Source: a virus
Taxonomy: Duplodnaviria > Caudoviricetes
Direction: 5' to 3' (one strand)
Length of the DNA stretch: 50,682 bases
Virus record (IMG/VR): IMGVR_UViG_3300031953_000022
Location: 1 to 50,682 of that record
Positions 45,740 to 50,682 of the stretch are shown piece after piece. Under the pieces are notes generated by a model. The model searched no databases, was not told where the DNA came from, and saw nothing but the letters and a program-made list of their open reading frames with translations. The first letter of the stretch is position 1. Every line of letters starts with the position of its first letter. A program made the translations under genes and the position numbers.

Positions 45740-46019
45740 ATTTTGGTTCTTTAGGTTTGCTGGTCCAAATTTTTAAAAGGCTGTCAATGGATTTACCTTG
45801 CTTTTCAATTAATTCCTTTTTACTGTTTTTGATTAATTGGTCAATCTGTATTATATTCTCATTCTTTTGCGCTTCCAAATTTTCATCCAGTAAATCATAA
45901 CTCTTTTTTAAGGCTTTCAATTCTGCATTGGCCTGAATTTTATCTACCAAGGTAAATATGGTCAATGCTATCAATCCTACCAGGAGAATAATGTTCCAGA
46001 TTTCGGGTTTCAGTTTCAT
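45654..46019 (-). CDS. i-spanin-like protein
   Basis: N-terminal TM plus coiled coil, directly after lysozyme. Confidence 0.55.
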   Translation of the reverse strand: MKLKPEIWNIILLVGLIALTIFTLVDKIQANAELKALKKSYDLLDENLEAQKNENIIQIDQLIKNSKKELIEKQGKSIDSLLKIWTSKPKEPKYDTTIDHINDIDSISKLFNRFYPDPNKP

Positions 46020-46021
46020 AA

Positions 46022-46549
46022 TTAAATACTCAAATTATATTCCCGATCATAATTTTTCCCGATAAAAATTTCGAATTCATCATTCCTTCGATATTGAAGC
46101 CCTTTCAGATACACCCCGTTTGCTGTGATATATTTTGTGGTGAACCAATGTTTGATCTTGGAAATGTGAGCCTTGGCATTAACCAGGCTATAGAGTGTAC
46201 TGGAGAAACCGCAATTAAAAGCGTGGGAAACAAGCGCGTCAAATTGATGTTGGCTTACTTCAACTCTCAATCTGTTATTTACTCCCCTAACTGTAGCTTG
46301 CAGATCTATTTCTAACTGCCTATCAGCATCGGCAACCGTACTAATTGCGGAATAAGTCAATACACTTGCAATGGTCGGATATTGCTTCATGTGCAATTTC
46401 TTGCCATTTCTAAGCATCAAATGTCCCCATCCTTCAGTCCAGTAGCCTACCGGATCTGGTTTTGGTTGCAGTCCAATTTTTCTTAAATCCCCATCATGCA
46501 GGGATTCAAAAATTTTAATGAAGATGTAGATTTTTGCTGAAGGATGCAT
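46022..46549 (-). CDS. Endolysin, GH24 lysozyme
   Basis: FES...PDPVGYWTEGWGH, QHQFDALVSHAFNCG, GLQYRRNDE; ATG 46549. Confidence 0.9.
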   Translation of the reverse strand: MHPSAKIYIFIKIFESLHDGDLRKIGLQPKPDPVGYWTEGWGHLMLRNGKKLHMKQYPTIASVLTYSAISTVADADRQLEIDLQATVRGVNNRLRVEVSQHQFDALVSHAFNCGFSSTLYSLVNAKAHISKIKHWFTTKYITANGVYLKGLQYRRNDEFEIFIGKNYDREYNLSI

Positions 46550-46553
46550 AATT

Positions 46554-47249
46554 TTAAGATTCATTAGGGTTGGAAATATCGGTTTCATTTTCGTCGTTTT
46601 CGTCATATATCGGATTCCCGTCTGCAGGGGTTTTGGCTCCAAAGAATTTAAAGATCCTGGGTTCAAAAATTCCTTCCACAATTTTAAATATGGATGCTTT
46701 CCTTCCGTATAAATATTCTGAATTTTCGCCAATAGATTTAAATTCATAGTACCAGAATAATGCAATCGGGACCCGGATAAGTATTTCGGTAGTGAGATAC
46801 AATGCTTTGATTTCAATGCCTGCACCTTCAACGCTGTCAGACATCAAAGCTTTTGCAACCAACAAATAAGTGAGGAAGGCAAAGCACTTGAAGAACACAA
46901 AATAAGTTCGCTTAAAATCGAATTTATGAGCCTCCCATTTTCGGATATTGATGCGATATTGGACCGTATTTACTTTATGTTTTTGAGCTTGGGCAAAGAA
47001 AACCCTTGATTTCTGTAAGTTTTTTGAGATCCCAAATGCGGTGTTGATAAATACGGTTCCCATCACCAAGATCAAAACTAGCGGAGTAGTTCCAAGCATT
47101 GTTTCCGTACTAAGAAATTCAGTGACTACAACCCCTCCTGTAATAGCTACGGACATCCAACTAACCGATCCAAAATTAGACATTGAAAGCTGGTATATCC
47201 CGGTTATCCAGGAACTAAATGCGCAAAAAACAAAACTTGACTTAATCAT
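46554..47249 (-). CDS. Holin-like membrane protein
   Basis: Several TMs; YEFKSIGEN motif; directly before endolysin. Confidence 0.65.
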   Translation of the reverse strand: MIKSSFVFCAFSSWITGIYQLSMSNFGSVSWMSVAITGGVVVTEFLSTETMLGTTPLVLILVMGTVFINTAFGISKNLQKSRVFFAQAQKHKVNTVQYRINIRKWEAHKFDFKRTYFVFFKCFAFLTYLLVAKALMSDSVEGAGIEIKALYLTTEILIRVPIALFWYYEFKSIGENSEYLYGRKASIFKIVEGIFEPRIFKFFGAKTPADGNPIYDENDENETDISNPNES

Positions 47250-47266
47250 TTAAGGGGGGCTTTAAT

Positions 47267-47749
47267 TTATAATTTTATCCTGAACCTGTATTCACTTCCT
47301 CCGGCTCCCAATTGAATGTGAAACCATTTGCAAGCATACGACCATTGGCAATAAGTTTTCCCGTCAATCCTGTACGCGATATAATTCTTTCCGTATATTT
47401 TCTTTTCTTTATCAGCACGTGTCCATTTAGTGATACGATTTCTTGAAAGAATACAGTTAATTGTATTTTCAATAACCAAAAATTCATCTATTTTTCCTGC
47501 GTTCCAATGTGGTTTGAATTGTGAAATGTAGTTCCAACTATGGTTGCGCCCAAACCACGATATTGCTGACCAAATCCCTTTCTTTAACCCTTTTTCTTTC
47601 AGCCACCAGTCAGCACCAAAATCCCCATCCAACGTATCATTGAGCCACCAAAATTTGTACTTAACCCCTAAATAGTTTTTTAAGATGAAAGAAATCACAA
47701 GCCCTCCTGACAATATCCCAATAAGAGATACCAAAATCCACCTAATCAT
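47267..47749 (-). CDS. Trp-rich phage membrane protein
   Basis: N-terminal TM; WWLND..DGD, WFGRN motifs; start may extend to 47809. Confidence 0.6.
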   Translation of the reverse strand: MIRWILVSLIGILSGGLVISFILKNYLGVKYKFWWLNDTLDGDFGADWWLKEKGLKKGIWSAISWFGRNHSWNYISQFKPHWNAGKIDEFLVIENTINCILSRNRITKWTRADKEKKIYGKNYIAYRIDGKTYCQWSYACKWFHIQLGAGGSEYRFRIKL

Positions 47750-47796
47750 TAAGATCCAGTAGAAACACCAGAAACGCCTTATTTCTTTCTTAGAGA

Positions 47797-48255
47797 TCAA
47801 TACAGCCAAATATATAAAGCAGCCCCTAAAAGCGTAATTAAAAAAGGAGCTTCGCCTTTTATAATATCAACATTGTCACCTTCAAAATGCTTTTCAAATA
47901 TTGTTAGAAGTCGTTTGTGTTCCGAAATAAGGTATTTGCCCGCAGGAAAGGTATCGTCCTTTGTCCCTATTTTTAAAGGTTTGTTAAGGTATTGCCATTG
48001 TTGTTGCCAGTCTGTAAGTTCATCGTATTTCAAGGGATAAAACCGATAGTAAAAGAACCCCAAAAATATAGCGATAGCAAAAGGAATCCAGCACAACAGG
48101 GTTACGAATGTTCCCGCATCGAACAGGGTCTGCAATAGTACCCCTATAAAAAAAGCAATTACAATTGGCGTTGCTGCCCGAACTACTTTGATTTGTTCTC
48201 CGAAATATCTAAACTCCCTCATTAAAAAGAAGTTGGCAATGATTAAATTTCTCAT
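47797..48255 (-). CDS. Membrane protein
   Basis: Three hydrophobic segments. Confidence 0.65.
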   Translation of the reverse strand: MRNLIIANFFLMREFRYFGEQIKVVRAATPIVIAFFIGVLLQTLFDAGTFVTLLCWIPFAIAIFLGFFYYRFYPLKYDELTDWQQQWQYLNKPLKIGTKDDTFPAGKYLISEHKRLLTIFEKHFEGDNVDIIKGEAPFLITLLGAALYIWLY

Positions 48256-48271
48256 AATTATTGTTTTAAAT

Positions 48272-48751
48272 TTATATCCGTTTGTCTATCGGGTTTTTCT
48301 CTGCCAGCGCATCAAAGAAAATCTTGTTTTGGTTGTTGGAAATTGTCCTAAGGTACTTGGCGTATATCTCGTGTTGCGCGTCAATTTCCCAATGTGATCC
48401 CATAATGTTATGACCTTTCACATCTTCTTTCAGCCCCATTATTTTGCCCAATTGCCGGAACAAAATCACCCTTGACAAGTATTTGTACTGGATAAGTTCC
48501 TCATTCAGGAAAATTACCGTGCCGTCATCGCTGACCGATCCAAAGAAATTTAGATCTGCTTTTACGTACCTAACTTCTTTGAGTTCAGATATCCTTCCTT
48601 GATAGTCCACCTTCGCCCACCGTGCGCTCTGGTAGAAGTCCTGCAAAAGTTCGGGCAAATTCTCGTCATTGGTCATGACGGGGATTTTAGCCTGTGTTTG
48701 TGCGCTTAAATTCAGCGTGAGAAATAATAATAAGGGGAGTAGTTTTTTCAT
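48272..48751 (-). CDS. Secreted metzincin-like protein with degenerate zinc site
   Basis: Signal MKKLLPLLLFLTLNLSA-Q; ILFRQLGKIMGL....HNIM in place of HELGH..GL.H....IM. Confidence 0.5.
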   Translation of the reverse strand: MKKLLPLLLFLTLNLSAQTQAKIPVMTNDENLPELLQDFYQSARWAKVDYQGRISELKEVRYVKADLNFFGSVSDDGTVIFLNEELIQYKYLSRVILFRQLGKIMGLKEDVKGHNIMGSHWEIDAQHEIYAKYLRTISNNQNKIFFDALAEKNPIDKRI

Positions 48752-48855
48752 TATTCGAATATTAAAAATGAGGTGATAATAATTCCTATTAATATGGCAA
48801 ATACCCAAAGGAATATTTCCCAAGTCGGGTGTTCTTTGTCAAGCCAGTTTTTCAT
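48751..48855 (-). CDS. Tiny single-TM protein
   Basis: Own translation MKNWLDKEHPTWEIFLWVFAILIGIIITSFLIFE; TAATG coupling. Confidence 0.55.
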   Translation of the reverse strand: MKNWLDKEHPTWEIFLWVFAILIGIIITSFLIFE

Positions 48856-48867
48856 TTTGAATTGTAT

Positions 48868-49521
48868 TTATGTTAATCTTCTATGAACCGCCCCTGTTGA
48901 ACTATTTACATATCCATAGCCAACTGCCACGCCTCCTGTTGCTGCTGCTGCATCATCAGTATAACTTCCCAAATTGGAGAAATCAGGGTTTGTGGGCAAT
49001 GCAGAAGCACTCCATACTAACGCTGACAAATTCTCGACATCCCTTGACCATAATTCAAGAACTCCACCATCATTTGTCCTGAGTTCATAAGTAACACCTC
49101 CGGGAGCGAAAAAAACAACGCCTCTGCCTACTTTTTTAATCTTAATGAAATCTTGAAATTCCCAGTCTTTTTTACCTCTATCTATACGTGCTGATATAAT
49201 ATCTGTCCCAAAGTCGTTACTACCAAACTCCATAAAATTTGTTGCAGCATTGTGCCTGATAAATGTATAGGAAGTGCCGTTCAAAATCCCTTCATAGAAA
49301 TAAACGGTACTGGTTTCTGCACCCTCACTTAATAGTTTTATATCCTTACCGTTTAATGTATTATCTTTCTCTTCCTGAGTAACGGTAAAGGTATCTTCAT
49401 TAGCTAAGACGGCTGCTTTGGTTTCTTCGGGGTTTAAGAACTCCCATAAATTTCCCAAGACAAGTGGAGTTCCTGAATCCCCAAAAGCTCCTTTTCCGAT
49501 TCCTACTATTAGTCCTTCCAT
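48868..49521 (-). CDS. Tail fibre-type protein
   Basis: C-terminal YTDDAAAATGGVAVGYGY motif common at ends of Bacteroidota phage fibres. Confidence 0.6.
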   Translation of the reverse strand: MEGLIVGIGKGAFGDSGTPLVLGNLWEFLNPEETKAAVLANEDTFTVTQEEKDNTLNGKDIKLLSEGAETSTVYFYEGILNGTSYTFIRHNAATNFMEFGSNDFGTDIISARIDRGKKDWEFQDFIKIKKVGRGVVFFAPGGVTYELRTNDGGVLELWSRDVENLSALVWSASALPTNPDFSNLGSYTDDAAAATGGVAVGYGYVNSSTGAVHRRLT

Positions 49522-49526
49522 AATTA

Positions 49527-50682
49527 TTAATCTAATTGAGTTAAATCAAAGGTCAACATCATAATTGCATTAAATCGAGTGTCGTTTAACCCTCCTTTTG
49601 TATATAAATAGACGGTATTTCCTTCTTCATATCCATGAAAAGATCTTAAATCAATATCACTTGTAATTCTCTCAATATAAGTAACAGTTCTTTTATCATC
49701 ATCTACTGTTACTAACGATAAATAAGTAACCGATGGGGTAAAGTTCTCGTCTTGAATTCTGATTATTGCATAATCAATTCCATTTCTTGAAAATGGAAAT
49801 CTTTGGTCTTGGTCTTCATTTAGCCCAGCGGGTAAATTTAACGTGTTGCTTACCGTTTCTTGTCTTATCCAATTAAGACCATCATTAGACCAAGAATAAC
49901 CACGAACACCTCCATATTGTACATAGTGCTGCATTACATATTTATATCCATCTAAAAGTTTAGGGTAAACTCTTGCATACCCTAAATGTGTATCAGTTCC
50001 CAATACAGGAAGAGATGCACCTTGATCTGTCCAAGTCATTTGATGAAATCCAAGTGTTCCGTCTCCAAAAGATGTTGCTAACTGAGTATATTGAGGAGAA
50101 CCTAATCTTGAATAATATATAAATATAGTCTCTGTAGCTAATCCACTATCTACTGTTGGTATTCTTATAAGCCAAGGAGTTTCTTGTTGTGCCCCTCCCG
50201 CAATAATAAGTCCTCTTTCTATAAATCCAGTAAAATCTGGTGCATCCATTTCGCCCCAACTAACGCCACCCCCTGCGCTTTGTGCGTGATCTGTAGAATA
50301 CAATACAAAATAAGCCTTAGTTGTTGCTATCTCAGGCCAGTCAGATGATTTTTTAACGTTTGGATAATAAACTGAATCATTACTTGCATCTTCTGAATAA
50401 AAAACAGGTGAAGGAATATCATCTCTTTTTAGCCCAAGGTTATTTATTAAATTTTCCATAGCATTTGAAAAAGAAATAGCCTCCGCGTCTGTAAATCCCG
50501 AGGCCGCAAAATCCATCATAACAATATCTTGGCTATTTCTCTCGTCGACATAAGTCGCCCCGTTAGCGTACCTCCTTAAAGTGATATTTTTACTATTTGG
50601 CAACCCCCCGCTGGTGTAAGCCGTTTCCCCTAATTTGCTACCTTTAAAATAAGTCCTTACCATTTTATCCGATTGAACGGTG
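49527..50682 (-). CDS. Tail/receptor-binding protein, C-terminal part with glycoside-hydrolase-like beta-propeller (5' truncated)
   Basis: Frame open to window end (TVQSDK-MVRT...); YSTDH, QETPW, HLGY and SNDGLNW motifs. Confidence 0.7.
   Translation of the reverse strand, partial: TVQSDKMVRTYFKGSKLGETAYTSGGLPNSKNITLRRYANGATYVDERNSQDIVMMDFAASGFTDAEAISFSNAMENLINNLGLKRDDIPSPVFYSEDASNDSVYYPNVKKSSDWPEIATTKAYFVLYSTDHAQSAGGGVSWGEMDAPDFTGFIERGLIIAGGAQQETPWLIRIPTVDSGLATETIFIYYSRLGSPQYTQLATSFGDGTLGFHQMTWTDQGASLPVLGTDTHLGYARVYPKLLDGYKYVMQHYVQYGGVRGYSWSNDGLNWIRQETVSNTLNLPAGLNEDQDQRFPFSRNGIDYAIIRIQDENFTPSVTYLSLVTVDDDKRTVTYIERITSDIDLRSFHGYEEGNTVYLYTKGGLNDTRFNAIMMLTFDLTQLD

Larger units (their letters stand above)
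1..50682. mobile_element. Temperate siphovirus-type phage genome (excised/circular form), probable Flavobacteriaceae host
   Basis: Terminase, portal, HK97-type protease and capsid, tape measure, lysis, cI, integrase and attP modules are all present; no host housekeeping block. Confidence 0.93.

Noticed and set aside
46550-46831. 269-aa endolysin with long N-terminal extension
   Set aside because: Extension overlaps the holin in another frame; ATG 46549 gives a normal GH24 protein
1-50682. CRISPR array, DGR or retron
   Set aside because: No regularly spaced repeats, no reverse-transcriptase motifs in any ORF, and no template/variable repeat pair noticed by eye
1-50682. Genome-wide stop-codon reassignment
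   Set aside because: Coding density is high in the standard code; TAA, TAG and TGA all end genes normally; the terL break also needs a frame change

Overview
Near-complete genome (~50.7 kb, AT-rich) of a temperate long-tailed (siphovirus-type) phage with a Bacteroidota host, most likely Flavobacteriaceae (TAnnTTTG-type promoters, no Shine-Dalgarno signals, host-type accessory genes). It appears as an opened circle: an intact attP lies mid-window next to the tyrosine integrase, and the two window ends look like the N- and C-terminal parts of one tail protein. Minus-strand modules run cI/early, recombination, methylases, replication, packaging, head, tail, then (wrapping round) tail fibre and lysis. 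Most notable observations: (1) the terL frame is broken inside the Walker A motif by a 7-nt spacer starting with TGA and flanked by hairpins, a candidate translational bypass or frameshift; (2) a Fur-box-like palindrome recurs at the packaging, head-tail and tail-fibre promoters; (3) a C4-like antisense RNA switch precedes a nuclease gene; (4) two acr/aca-like small-gene operons; (5) a ~4.2 kb accessory island with a host-type aspartic protease separates terL from portal. All calls come from motif recognition by eye; no database search was run.
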